Positions 8,405 through 23,063 of a stretch of DNA of 64,000 nucleotides are shown in pieces. The notes beneath the pieces were generated by a model. The model was given only the letters and a program-made list of their open reading frames with translations. It made no database searches and was not told the origin of the DNA. A program made the position numbers and the translations under genes. This stretch comes from Psilocybe cubensis (Eukaryota), in NCBI GenBank assembly GCA_017499595.2, contig CM039005.1, positions 372,001 to 436,000 of the forward strand, given 5' to 3'. Position 1 is the first letter of the stretch, and each line of letters begins with the position of its first letter.

Positions 8405-10410
8405 TTATTCTGCAACCTTCTTAAACTTCATGTAGCAAGGTTCTCCTAGCGGTCGTGCCTATTGAGAAAAAGAAAGTAGGAAAACTAAGTTAAAACAGAG
8501 AACTTGAGGTATTTTGGAAAACGTACCTGCTGGATATCGTTCCTGTCTGGAGTTGGAAGCTGCTTCGGGTACTTCCCGGAACCATCAACGAGTTCATACT
8601 CGTATCCAAGAAGGATTAAAGCCAGGATCAACTTGATCTCAAGTTTCGCGATTTTCATACCAGCACAAGGATGACGGCCTGATGCATCACCACGAAGACA
8701 CTCAAATTTAGCGATTGGGCTTTCTCACAATGGCATAAGCCCAGGATGATACGCACCGACACCCCAGCCAATGAATGCAAAGGTCTCCTTGCGATCTTCC
8801 TCCCTGCCCTCAAGGAACCGTGACGGATCGAACTGCATCGGATCCTTGTATATCTCTGGGTTCAAATGCACGTCTGCGAGCTGGTACGTCAGGAAGTCTC
8901 CGCGCTTGACAGTGACGCCATCAACCGTGACGTCCTTGTGCATGTTCCGCCTAAGGGTAGACCCGGTCGCTGTTATTCTGAGCGTCTCGCGGATGGCAAG
9001 GTCAATGGTTGGGAGTTGTTCTTCCCAAGCGTTGAGCGGGATCGCGGCGAGGCGCTTGTGCAGTGGCTCGGAGGAGAGGGTGTCGGTGTGGTTCGCGACG
9101 AGGGCTTTGAGCTCATCGACGACTTTTTTCTTCCACACTGGGTTTGAGCCGAGGAAGAGAAGAGTCCAGCATGCTATAGGAGATGATATAAGATAAATGG
9201 GCATAATTTATAATGGTAAGAAAATAGAACTTGCAGTTAACCCCGGTGTTGATTACCCCTGCGAAAATTATGCCCATGATGGTCTACAGTTAGGTGGTGA
9301 AGAACATCAATTTGACATCACAAGATCCGCAGCAGGACTAGATGACGTACTCCGATAATAGTATCGTTTGAATCTCCTTGGGCAATAAAGAGGTCGATGG
9401 GGTCTGAGGACGGGACAGTGGCATTACGGCGGCGTTCTACGAAGGAGTTGAATAGATTGTACAGTGCGACCGTCGACTTCTCCTTTGCTCGCTTAGCGGG
9501 GCCAGGGAACCAGGGGAGGAGAAGCGAGACGGGTGTAGCACTCTTCTCGAGGGCCCAGTAATGCTTTGCCAAATCGTTCATCGCCTTGCGATCTTCCGCC
9601 AGCTCCTTGCACGTTGCCATTCGAATGGTCATTTGGAAGACGAGCTAAAGTGAAGACAGAATCTGTTTAGTAGATTAAATGTGTCAACATCCATTTGACT
9701 ACTTGCATCGTAGACTTGGCTGAAAGGGTTGATTTTTCCTTCGGTCCCCCACTCTGTCATTCGAGTGTGCATATCATCGAGAAGAGTAGGCAAAGCTGGA
9801 AAAGTTCTATAATTTAGCCAACTTTGCGCAGTGAAATTTAAGTGCTTGAGTGCCCATACTGTCGGTGATTCTGTCCCTTCTGAGAAGCAATAATAGTCGC
9901 TTTATGAAGCCATCCTCAATATCAGCATCAGTGACGCTGGATTGGACATGAGCATCCTTTAATTCAGGCGCACCACCCATGAGGATTCTGTAGCCTTCCG
10001 ACATGCTGAAACCCGCCTCGTTAAAGTAGACTTTTCGCGACTGCTCTCCATTAAACGCAATCACGCGGTGCTGTCAACAAAAAGACATCCATCGATGGGC
10101 GATGAGTATGCGTCGGGCGACAGCTATGGATCCTCACCTGAAGTACCCGGAAACGGAACGTTTTCCCTCCACTATTCTTGAACTGCTCCCTAATAAAATC
10201 GTACCTCTTGGTAAAGAATGACCATACGGTCAAGATAGGTATCCCTCCAAGATCATAGACCTTTCCATCGTAACTGGGGCGTAGCAACACCGCAGAGAAG
10301 ACAACGACGGAGAGTGCGATGATAACCGCCGCACGCACATCGTTTGACCATTCAGATGGTTTGTTGATGATATTAGCGAGGGGGCTGAAGCTGGCTGAGG
10401 CTGCAGCCAT
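8405..10410 (-). CDS. Cytochrome P450 monooxygenase (multi-exon)
   Basis: N-terminal TM anchor; I-helix GIIFAGVINTG; ETLR (ExxR); FDPSRF; heme motif GWGVG|RHPCAG split by an intron; stop at 8405-8407. Confidence 0.92.
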
Positions 10411-13279
10411 CGTGACGTGGGTTGATGGAAGAAAGACAGACACTCAAGACCTTTCTGTTGACAAGGGTGACTATATAAACGAATCAATGGATCGTAGCCT
10501 GCCTGATTTGCACAGAGCTGGAAGATTTGGCATTTTAGACTGGTAAGGACAAACATAGAAGTGCATGGACAGCGCCTTGGATCCAAAATATGGGAAAATT
10601 TGTTCAAATGCGGCGATGTCGAAGATTCAGTGTGAGATCTTCTCGGCGCAATTTCCCGGTGAAGCCACATCTGAGTAATACCTCAGTGTCATCCTTGTTC
10701 AGTTCAGGCATATTCTCCTTTCCGGACAGGGACTCTGCCGCGGAATTGTGCATTCTGGCCTTAAAAACAGATGGAACGTCTAGAAGGATAGCCAGAATTC
10801 TTTATGGGAGCATGTCATTGCCAGTGACCGGTACGTTTTTCCCGGTGACCTTGTCGTCTATCATGGAGTGCTGGCAATCAGTCAACTAAGCCATAGTCTG
10901 ACTCACCATACTGACCTCTGACCGGCGAAATAAGCTATGTCTGCTGAATCATGAGTTACTATCTTGCCCAGAGAATGGTGGAATCATCGAGAGAAGAGTA
11001 ATAGAACTGGTCATCAAGCAAAATTGAAACGCCGTCTTAAATTATTCCCGACGCCACTGATTTTTCAGCGACTCATTCTTGACCCTCACTTGAACATTCT
11101 AAACTATACTGCTGCGTCCAATGGTTTATCCACTGTGCAAACACTCTTGGTCGTCTTGCATTTCACATTTGCTGCGGGAGAAACAGTGGCTTGACTTGCA
11201 CACTGGTATCGCATCAGCTGATTGCGATAGTGTTGGCATTCTATCTGTCGTGTGTTCCCTTTATACGACGCTATCTAGCAGGCCATCCTTTTCAGCTCCT
11301 TTCACTCTTGCCGGGACCCGAATACGGCGATTAGCCTCTGAATAAAGGCGTATCCATGTTTAGCACGGCGGGAATGGTATAGCAATGTGCTCAATCCAAT
11401 GCCTTTTGCATTCCACACGACGTCGTCTTGCAAATGGAAAGCAACTTATTAGCTGAATATGTGTTGTATCCTTTATTCTAGGACTGCAGGGGCAATGCTA
11501 AACAATAGAGCAACAGTGGGCTACAAGATTTCTCCCGAGGGCGTTGATATCGGGGTCTTGATGCCTTAGTGGGATCTAACTTGAACATGGACCCGTGCGC
11601 CAACATTAGGACAGCTTTCACAGTACGGCGATGACACCGAGGCATGCTCGATGCATTCTCCGTCGTTATTTTTTCTTACATTCCCCAACGATGGCTTGAT
11701 TTGCTCATGGGAAGGAGATGATTACCTGCCCGTGCATATATCCTGTACACCAAAAAAAGACAATGCTGGACAGTGGACTACGAGGGCCATTGCCCGAAAG
11801 TGTTGATATCGGCATCTTGATGGTTTTTTCAGCCGCGGGCTACACACGAACCCAAATTGATCATTGGACTGTGCACACGGGTGCGCCCACATTCAGCACA
11901 GCGGAAACTCTGGTATGACGACGTCACCGACTCGGCCTGCTCTATGCAATGCTTTCTCTACCGTTAAGGTTTTTTAGCATTTTACAACGATGATTGATTT
12001 CTATGCTCTGTACCCTGTATGCTCGGACTACAGACAGAGCGCTGTTCTGTGGACTAGAAACTTTCTTCCAGAGCGTTGAGATCGGCGTTGTGATGAACTC
12101 TGCTAGCGACCCGACAAGATCCCAAGTATGGTCGCTGATTGTGGATAAAGCTGCTCCTACATTTAGCACGGTTCACCGAGCCTACTTATAGAATAGTATT
12201 TTTGTCTTTCGACAAAAACCAAAAATAACAGCCTCTGCGCCATCCACAGTCATGCTAAGGCCGCTCGATATCAAACAAATCATACCTCTCAAATTGGTTG
12301 CCAACCGTCTACGTTCAAATGTCATCAATTACGACAAAGGGAGGCCATTAACAGTCCAAACTTGCATTGTGATTGAACTAACTACATTGACGAGATAAGA
12401 ACTCAGCTCAATAAGATAAATACCTTTGTTCACCCCCTTTAAAGCATCCTGATTCACAGCGTCATGTGGGATGACATTTTCTGTAATACGTGAGCCGGGG
12501 ATATTTCTCTGGGCGGGGATTTAATTGGGACAGAGTTTCTATTGATAGGCGCACTGCGCCCACGCTGTGATATCAGCCCATGAAATTTGCCTACGTTCGG
12601 TAACGCCGCTTGCTCCTACGCTGTCACCTTTCTACAATTGGTATAGGTGATAATCAAGAACCATCGAAGGCTAAAATATAGATGAAGAGGCGGTGAGGGC
12701 TGTTGGTGATCTTGCACTGGCCTGTGCTCTGAGCTCCCAAAAATTCCCCAAAAATCGTAAGATCTTCGCGCCATGTTGGAGAACCACATTAGAATGCTTC
12801 TCAGGAACTTTTGAATACACTTTTTTGTACTGTGAGCCTCGTTCTAGACACTCGTGGCAACGCTTTGCACGTGGCATGTGTAATTGGCGATCTAAAAAAG
12901 ATGGGGCTACGTGAGAATTTGGAGAAGTGCCTTGATGATGTTCTGTCAATCAAGCGGTACGTATGTAAGAATCGTTTCCTCCTTTCTTTCCATCATCAGT
13001 TCGCTCACCCAGGCCGTGAAGGGCCTTACAACCTTCTGTGGTGGTGGTAGAGACGACGAAAGATTTTAAGGTGAGTAGTGAAAGTAAAAATATCTCATCA
13101 ACTGCACATACCAACACTGAACGAACTATCCGTTTTTTTTTCTGAAACGGTTCATGTTTTCAAGAATTCAAACGGGTACCCCTTTTTCATATTTTCCTTC
13201 AACCACCTTTTTGTCCTCTCGATACATCCTTTAAGGACGTCTGGAGACAAAATTTCCTCCTCTTCGGCCCCTTTTATTC

Positions 13280-16200
13280 ATGCCTGTTCAGGCGGCTTTG
13301 AACCAACCATTTTCCATGTTCAGCCGCGGTAGTTTTGGTTTATCGTCACGCAGTCGCGATAAGAAAACCGAAAACACCGACGAAGACTGGTATATCCCAT
13401 ACAATGGCCCGTACGAACCTCCTAAGGAACAGCCACGGAAGCAGAAGGCGAGGGATAGCTGGGGGTTTCCGGTAGATGATTATGAGGATGACAGCATGCT
13501 TGCTGATAGAGAGCTCCACCTGCGGTATGGAGGGCACAACGACTTCAACCCTCGCGGCAGCAGTGACCAGCCGGCAGAGGAGGAGAGGAAAGGGAGGAGC
13601 AGGGATCGTACGCTGTCGGTCATCTCAGGGCGTACCACCTCGTCTGGCGCGATGGATCCGAACCGGCCAAGTCTAACGCTACACCGACGGTCGACAGTGT
13701 CAGGAAATCCGCCCCCTGTGCCATCCTATATTAATCTCGATAGTATGGGCGGCGTCGGTGAATCCCCCGTGCCCCATGTGCGACAGTCGAAAGACACGAA
13801 CCGGATCAGCATCGCGAGTATTTTCAGCTTCGGTGTCGCCGGCCGCAAGGTAGCACAATCCCCCAGTCTCTCCGCCGTTGGGCGTAAATCGTCGACACGG
13901 CTGCTAAAACCCACGTCAGATGGACCCTATGGCATGGTAGATTCCCCAACTCATACACGGAGGGACAGTTCGTCGTCTGGCTCGCGACGGCCATCTGATG
14001 CTACCACCACGGGGAGGCCCAACCCTCATCAAACAGACCAAACCAGTTTGATTGTGACAGACGAAGAAGATTATTACAATTCATACTACGAAACACTTTT
14101 AAGACCCAATGAAAGCACGGTGAACCACCCGTATCAATCGCGGTCGCCGAGCTCATCAGGCGCCTCAAATAGCTCTCCGAGAACACAGACCAATTCGATA
14201 TCACGGCAAAATTCCAATTCTTCAACTTCTGCTCATCCTTATGCTTACGCCTTCCCTCGAACAGAGGCACCCGAACCCCGCACGGCGCCCCTGACTCCTG
14301 CTCCACGCCTGATGCCCGCCCAAGGTTTACCCAATCCTCCTCGGCTGACTTTTACGACACCACAACCTCATGCTGGTCCAAGCAACTCTAACGGCGTACA
14401 TTCCACTCTCCCCCCGCCTTCAGGAGCCGCCAGTAAATCGCTCAAGAACTCAACCTCCACCCCCGATTTCCGCACGCAGACACTCGTATTTGGCAAGACG
14501 ACGACGATACCCAACAAAAATGGGCCAAACTCGCCAACGTACCAGTTGAGGAGGGGCATGGACAGGTGGTTGTCTGCAGAGACATGGTGCGACGCCCTAC
14601 TGTTTCCGCGCCCCCGACTACGCATCAAACAGGAGCCGATAGAAGGACCGATCAAGGCCAAGGAAAGCAGTGGACGGATCGTGAGCCCCCCACTAACGCC
14701 GACAGAGGAGGAGGAGGAGTTTGGGTCTCAGCAGCTGCAGCCAAAGCGTGAGCCCGGATTTGCGTCGCGTGTGCTCGCGCACTCGCGCTCGATGGTGGAC
14801 CTACACAAAGGGAAACGGAAACCCGAAGATGTGCAGCATGCAAATCCGTCCAAGGGCCCGCAAGGTTCGCGTACGGGAGGTGCACAGGCGTCGTCCAGCG
14901 GCGGCCGACCCCCAAGGCCCAAGAGCTTCGCGATGGATGATTTGGCACTTCTGCCTACCCCGGTTATGTCGTTGGCACAGTAAGTCGATTAACTTGAACT
15001 TTCCTTTTATGGTACTTTTTTTCTTAACCATGTTTTTAGCGTTCTGCGTGAAGGAGAGCTATTGGAGACAGAAAGGCGTGAGTGGCAGCGGCAGGCTAAA
15101 CATTCCTTTGGAAACAAACGAGCGCGGAGTATGTCGCGGACGAGAACCAAATCGTTGACTCAGAAGGGCAGACAGGGAAAACATTCGCATCAGTCTAGCA
15201 TGGAATACATCGCAGCTCGTGCGTGTTTGGGTACTCAAGACCTTACTCCTGTCATCGCGCCGGCTCAGTTCACTACGAGCTTCACTGAAAGCAATGCTAC
15301 AACATCACTGTCAGCCAAAACGCATTCCCATACCAACTCCTTAGTCAAAACCTTGACGAAATCATCGAAGGCTCATTCACGCACTCACTCCCGTAATGAT
15401 TCCTGGGGCAAATCAGCGATGAAAGTGGCCAAATCTACCGTCCTTTGCGGCCATGACACTGCTTCGTCACTGAACGTACCTAATGCCGACGCAAAAGGAT
15501 CGGAGCTCGAGGGGGCACTGGCAAGGAACGAGACCAAAGTGATTCGTCTCGCAGATCCAGCTATGTTGCCTGTGGATCGTGGCCAGCCTGGACAGTCCTA
15601 TCAAAACTTGACGGTTCGCAACTCCCCTTCGCCTGCTAACTCTGGCATCTCTGATTCCAAGGTGGGCATCGCACTCGGCACGCCTCCGGAAGAAGAGAAC
15701 GAGTACATGCCCAACCATCCATACGCTCAAGGCGGTTTGTCGTTTAGTCATGGCACTAGTGCTTCTGCGGACCATCCTCCTCGTCATACTGACTTCGCTG
15801 GGCCACATCCATCTATCAACATGGGTATGAAGGTTCCGGCTATATCTGACATCATAGCCAGGCACAAACTACCTCCATATATGGTTCTTCATCCGTACGC
15901 TCAGACTCAAAGGGACAGCTACCTCGATGCAAATGGTCTCGTTGGACAATTTAGGTCTGAAGATAGTACCCCTCACGGATCGAAAATGTGGGCTCAGTTG
16001 TCGCCGGGCGTTGTTCGTGAAATTCTTCCTCATGACCTACAGTATTCGCCCTTTTCGCCAAACCACGGAAGCCGGTTGCCTCACACACCTGATCGGTCTA
16101 CATTGAACATTAACGATACTGTTGGAGTCGGCGAAACTCTAGTCAATGCAGCGCGGTTCCGTGCGGACAACGATAAAGGAACACTCGCCAGTGGCAAAAG

Positions 16201-17457
16201 TCTCAACCTTTCGCCAAAAGGACAAGACCAATTGCCAACGTTGCATTTACAATCCTCGCAGCCTTCTTGGGAACATGAAGAGGAAGACGATCAGCTGGCC
16301 GAACTCAACCCCATCAGTCGTCGCAACGGTGTGCTGTATGGCTCCTCACAACACGGAGACGAGGAAGATATACAGATCCTGCGTGTCCCTTCATTCGAGC
16401 GCACTCAATCGGCTTCTTCTGGCAACACTTCGACTACTTCCTCTCCTCGCACTTTGCCTCAGCCTCTAGGCAGTCCCAATGACCTGGACAACTTCCAAGA
16501 CCTTTTCTACAGACCAACTGGTCCTGGTGTCGGTCGCACACCTAACGAAGCTGCTCTGCCAGAAACACCTTCTCCACCTAATCGCGGGTCGACACCCTGG
16601 GAGAACATGCCCAATCGTCGCACCGGCAGCAGTCTGACTAGCCTGGCTCGCAAATTAAGTGAAGAGTTTGAGATGCTGTCTCATGAACGTGAACGATCAT
16701 CGAATAGCCAGTACTCCCAATCACCGCCATCGTCACAACGGCCCAGCCGCATGAACAGACATCCAACAGAAGGAAGCTTGCAGTTCGTGTTCGAAGAAAT
16801 GGGTGTATCTGGATCTCCGCCCAACGACAGCAACGATCCTATACTTGCCTTCCATGCATCTGGGGTGCTGCCTGAAGATGTTCAAGCTGATTCTCGAGCC
16901 TCATCGTTTATCCAGGGCACTGACGAGGACGACGATCAGACTGGTAAGTATCATTTGTGCTTCGTGATTGCTATCTGAAAGCATGCTGATCCTGCTTTCT
17001 TCCGAATTATCTAGCAAGATTCCGGATGGGCGTCGTTGAATCAGTCTCAACCCCTCCCGCTGTCTCGGCCCATCACGTTTCGTTTGATGGTCAGATGGCA
17101 TACGTTCATGACAACCAACTTCAGCGGCAAGATATCGACACGGCAAACTCCTCTGGACGTATACTTTCCTCCCTCATGCCGCCAACCGAAGCTACTCGAA
17201 GTAGCTACATGACTACATCAACCCTTTCCAGAATGTCAGGCCTGTCCGACTTCCCTGCGCCGCCCAAAGACGAATACATCACTCCCAAGCATATGTCTAT
17301 CCTCAGCTCCTACTTTGACGAGGCTTTGACGCAGAGCGAGTCTCGCTTGGAACCTCTCCCGCCTCCGCCCATGTTGCTCCAGGAAGAACGCGTGACGTTC
17401 GGTGGTAATCAAGATGCTAAAACTGTCGCTCAAACTCTTTCATCCAGCACCTCCTGA
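13280..17457 (+). CDS. Large Ser/Pro-rich, mostly disordered fungal protein (3 exons)
   Basis: Long ORFs (567, 638, 143 aa) joined by GTAAGT..AG introns at ~14981 and ~16944; ordered-looking islands EDWYIPYNGPYEPP and WLSAETWCDALLFPRPR. Confidence 0.8.
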
Positions 17458-17768
17458 CCATGATTATAAATTTAACCTTATTCAACCCATTCTATCTATT
17501 ACTATATTGTATATTTCGATTCCACCCTTTACCTTTCTATCCACATTCATGTAGATCCATCAGGTTCTGTTGTAAACATGTATTCTTTTTCATCTTTATT
17601 CGCTAATATTCCCATCTGTATTGGTGTTCTTTTCATTTTAGTGAATGGTATTACAATCTATGGAAATGACGAGTAATGGTATAAACTAAACACGGTACAA
17701 TGTACATACAACATTTAAGATTCAGCAGCAAGCGAAACAGAGAAATGAAAAATAAGAATATGAACTGC

Positions 17769-20700
17769 TCATGACTCGCCATATTTGGTCAACTGGAAGA
17801 GTATTTATCACGTCAGCGAAAGTCGATTGATAGATGCTTGAAACTTACGTCTAGAGTTAACGATGTAGAACTGTTGACGTCTTGGTCACGATAAATGCCG
17901 ACCAGAGATTGACCGCGTTCGTAAAGCGTGTTCTTCAAACTGATAACGACGAATTGGAAGGTATCAGATGCATGAGTTCGAATATAGTTTGCCACTTTTG
18001 CGACATTAGTGTTGTCCAAAGCAGCATCAACCTCATCGAGGACGAAGAACGGTGCTGGTTGGTAGCTAATTATATGATATGAATAAGCTGATGTACGAAG
18101 AAGAAGAAACACCCGTACCTATGGATTGCAAACAGCAGTGCCAAAGCCGCCACCGTCTTTTCTCCACCCGACAGTTGTTCCATGTCACGGAACCGTTTCA
18201 TTGGAGGCATAGCATGATACTTGACACCACCGTTATAGGGTTCCTAAGCAAAACCTTCATTAACATCTCTTCTGGACTGTCTATATCGAAAAGTATCATA
18301 CCTCGCTGTCCTCCAGAGCCAGATATGCGACACCACCCATAGGCGATGCTTTACCCTTTGTTAGCTCTTTGTAAACTGAGTCAATGTTTTCTGAGATATG
18401 ATTATAAGCTTTGTTGAAAAGATCGCATCTGCCAATAAAATAAATACTTCGTGACTTTCAAAAATGTGAATAGCAGACAAACCGTCGCTTCTTGACATCG
18501 TTGAAGTGATCACGTGCAACTTTGGAATCTTTCCTGGCTTTCTCAGCCTCTTTTTCTGTATCCGCCAATTTGCTTTCCACATCGTCGAGACTGGATGAGA
18601 TAGGCGTCGGTACACGTAGCGTAGGCTATGTAAAGGGTGCACTAACCGTTCCATTGCTTTCATATTGGGTGCCATGCGTTCAATTTCGGCTACCTTGTCG
18701 GTAATTTCTTTGTCGAGTTTTGCGAGCAATTGTGCTGGGTCTTCGCCACTATCCTGGTCAATGGAGTCAAAGTCAACTTGGATGCCATAGTCTGCGACGA
18801 CCTTCGGTCGTTGAGTTGCATTTTCGTCCTCATCGACATCCATGGCCATTTCTTCACGAAGGTTCTGGTCTCAAAGTATGAGAAAGGGCTAAGGGATAAA
18901 AGATGTCAACGCACCTCTTCCATAGGAACATGTTTGAGATCTCCCTCTAATAGTGGCAACTGGATCTCCTCCAGTCGGCATTTACGATAAATCGCAGATC
19001 GCTCCAATGCGAATTTCTCAATTTCGTCATTCTGAGAATAATACATGTCAGGACCCGAAATCAAGACAACACTTAAGACACTTACACAAAGAGCAATCTC
19101 TTTCAATGCCTGGTCAAGGACCTTGGATGATTTCAGAGCAGCCTTTTTAACTTGGTCCACAACCTTGGACTTTTCATCCAAGATTTCTTGCACCGAGCCC
19201 AACTCTTCCTTCAATCTCTCCACAACCCTCTCAGATGCCTCAATGTCTTGCTCAGCCGCGACCTTCTGCTCTTCCAAATTGACAAGATTGGCACGTTCAG
19301 CTTCAATCAAACTATCCACACGAGCTAAACGCTCATGGATCGCAGTGAGTCCTTCATTTTCAAATGCAGCTCTGGAAAGGAGTCACACAAATGAGAAAAC
19401 AAGTTAGAAACGAGAAAGACTTACTGGTTGCTGAGACGGGCGATTTGGGTATCATAGCGCAGACGGGCTTGACTTTCCTCCTGGGCAACTTTGAGCTGTC
19501 GCTCTTCGTACTCTCGGATGTTGGAGACACCGATTTTGCGACAAAAAGATACAAAAACACTATCTTCAGCCGCGTTGACAGTCGTTGTGAGCTGTTCAAT
19601 TCGCTGCTGCAGGGATCTATGCGACGCCCTCGCCTAAGGGTGTTGTCCGTCAAACACATTTCTGAAATGTACTAGGAAACAAACTGCACCTTTTTCAGTT
19701 CCGGTGATACCGCCTTCAGTTCACGATCAATATGCTTCAGTTCATCTTTGAGACCAGTGATGCGCAATTTGCAAGCTCTCTGTAGCAGGGTGTTAGGTAG
19801 AAGCAGGTGGCGTAACATTTTGACCTACAAGATCATCTTTCGCTACTGTGATATTGGCCTCTAACCGGGAAATGTCGGCGATGAGTGATTCATCCGTCTT
19901 GCCGCGGGGTTTCTGCTTGCTGAGTTCACGTTGCTCTGCTAGCAGATTGTCTCGAGAGCGAATCCAGCCTGAAAACTGCATTAAGGGTTGTCAAATACAA
20001 AAATGTAAAAATCAATTCACCTTGAACCTCCTTTTCGTCCCATTTCTTGCTGTTATCACGGGTACTCTTGCCACCGGTGATAAGACCACTCTTGTGGATG
20101 ATGGTGCCCTCCAGCGTGACAGCTAGCAAAGAAGTGAATACTTTAGTCTCTTAAAAATATCAACAAAATTTATCACCTTTGATTTCTTGTCCCTTTTCAT
20201 AGCATACAAATCTCGCGATCGCCATCGTATCACAAACAAGTGCGTTGCCGCAAGCGTGATGAATAGCTCTCTCGATGGCAGGCTCATACTGGACTAAATC
20301 AACTGCCATACGGGCACCCTTGGCGAAGGAACGGAACTTGTCGTTGATGGGTTTGACTTGGATGGTGTCAAGAGGTATGAAAGTGGCCTGTCCTGCTCGC
20401 TGGTTGCGCATGTACTCGATGCAGTCGATAGCCGTCTTTTCTTCATCCACCACAATTGCGTCGATGTTGCGTCCAAGAATGACGGAGATAGCTGTTTCGA
20501 ATTTACGTGCACTGGGTTTACAAAGGTCGACGACTCGTCCACGCACACCTGAAAATTTATCATCAACTTCTAAAAAGATAGAGAGGCAAAAAGAGAAATG
20601 GAGAAACACACCTGGGAATAGGCGTTGTAGATTTGCCAGAGTTTCTTTGAGCTTCGCCTCCTTCTCAGACTCGTGCTTTTCAACACCGGCTTGCAGAAGC

Positions 20701-22563
20701 TTCTGATAAATGCTTTGCAGCTTTTCATCACATTCTACTTGCAATTTCCTGACATAGGGTGAGTTGAGGTGAGATGATTGCGGAAAGAGAAGTGTTCTCT
20801 CACATTATTCTTGCCTTTTCTGATTGTTGGTTGTCTAGTTCCTGTCTGACGCCAGCAAGTTCATTTTGGAGGGATGCAATTTTTTCCTCCAACTGTCTAA
20901 GATGTTAGTCTGGAACTCTCCAAGCTGCGTGGGTGCGACAGACCTCTTCCTTCTTTGCATTTTGAGATTCGAGCTCTTCTGCTCTGGTTTTTTTCTTTTC
21001 TAGGTAGCTCTCTTCCCGTTCTGTCAGTTGTGCCAGTGCCCGAGTTGACGTCTTCTCTTCGCGAGTCAGTGTTTCTAGGGATTGTCTTTCGTCGACAGCC
21101 AGTACACTTGACGAAGCTTTGCTGCAAATTAGGAAACATCAGAACAAGGTATGCTACTGCCCGAAAATGGACTTACAGCTTGCGGTACTCCTCTAAACTT
21201 TCTTCACTTAAAGCAACGTTGTGCTGAGATGCCTTTCGTTGTTCCTCTACAATTGCAAGGTGAGGATAATTGTCACAAGGGTAGCAATAACCACCCAACC
21301 TTGTGCACGTTCAGCAGCCTTTCGCACGCTGACAAGCTCCTTCTCCAGCGATGTGACTTTGGTCTTGAGTTGTGTTTCGTTCTTCGTGAGCTCTTCTTTC
21401 GTTTTCAGACCATTATTGAGCTTCCGCGTCGAATGTGTGATTTGTGCCTCTTTCTCGACAAGCTCGGGCCTCTATGGAGAATTGTGAGAATCCATCCAGG
21501 TAAAAGCTGACAACAGGTACCTTGCCCTCCAATGCTTTTTCAGCCTTTTTGATTGCCTTCTCTTTCTGCATAACTGACGTCCTAGCCTTAGCTTGATCGG
21601 CGCGTGCAGCTTCCAAGGCTTTGTCGTGTTCCTTCTGCTCCTGCCTCAGCCCAGTAAGTTCTTTGTTCTTCTGGACAATTTTTCGCGTATTGTCTTCGAT
21701 ACCCATGTCAATATGGTAGAGCTTGGTCAAAACACGCTCGAGAATGAGCTGGTCTCGCTCCTGGCACAACGCATCAAATCGGTCCGCCTCGGTCTTCTGC
21801 TCCTTGTACTGCTTGATCTCGCCTGCGATCCCTCTTCGCTTAGTAAAATTGAAGGTGGCATTCTCGGTCGCGCGTTCCTGGGCTTCCTTAGCCTTTTCGT
21901 ATTCAGCTGAGAGCTCCAGCGACCCGCTTATCTGTTCGATGAGGCGCGAAAGTTCGCGAGGCGACTGCGAGGCCACCGCTTCAACGTCTCCTTGGAACAC
22001 GAGAAAGTTCTTTGCTTTGACGAGGATGTTGTGAGAGATAAGGGCGGCGTTATACGCCGAGTAGGTGACTATTTTATTGTTGAGCTTGTATTCCGATGCT
22101 CCAGCGGTCGATATCCTGCAAAGTCTCTCAGAAAGACGCGTCAATGGCACATTTTGGAGAATCTCACGTTCGTTGAAACTTCCATTCCTTCTTGTTCTCA
22201 TCGACGTAGACAGCCATAACCCATGCCTTCTTCGCCGTTCCCTCGCCTTCTTCTTCTTCCTCGTCTTCTTCCCCGGCAACAGAACCTTCTGCGTTGTCCC
22301 TGGCCAAACGTCGCCCACGGTAAACAAGGTCCTTCAACTGCGAACTGCGAAGCTGGGCACTTTTCACACCCAACACAAACGAGATGGCATCCATCAGATT
22401 AGACTTTCCCGCTCCATTGGGGCCGACAATCGACGTAAAGTTCATAAAAGGACCTATCGTCTGGTGTCCTCTATTCATGGTTAGATTTCTATGTTGAACC
22501 AAGCAGTGGTTTGACCTACCTATATGACTTGAAATCGCATAATTCAATGCGTACAAGCGGCAT
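17769..22563 (-). CDS. SMC1: Cohesin subunit SMC1 (multi-exon)
   Basis: [14 protein letters not shown]; Walker [32 protein letters not shown]; hinge [19 protein letters not shown]; signature [26 protein letters not shown]. Confidence 0.96.
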
Positions 22564-23063
22564 CTTTGGATCGTTTTCCCTCTCCTCGACCTCCTGATAC
22601 GGTGTTTATAATTTAAAAGCGCGTATGTTGGAGTTTGGACTACAATTTAATTAGTTCTCGACGCGCTCAAGCAGAACAAGAGATTTTGAACTCCGATGTC
22701 ACATGACTACGTGATGAACTAGGACGGAGGTGTGTAATTGGAAAACCTTTCTAGGTTTAGAGCAATAAGAACATAGGAAAGAAATTTAGAGGCTTCAAAA
22801 CCATTCAAAAAAATCTTGTTAAAAGAACCATTGGGTAGATTACTCAATGGCAGCTCTGAACTTGAAGTATCTTATCTTCAATGATTGGGATTAAATTATT
22901 TGAACTCCGACGACGCTACTATCATCGCTCTGTTTCAATAATGATACCTCGTAAAGCTTTACCGTGGTACATTTCCCCGCCAAAAACGCATCTCATACAT
23001 TTATTTATCTGGAGGCTCGCACTCGCTGATTAACATTGGAACTCCCAGAGGTTGATCAAGGGC

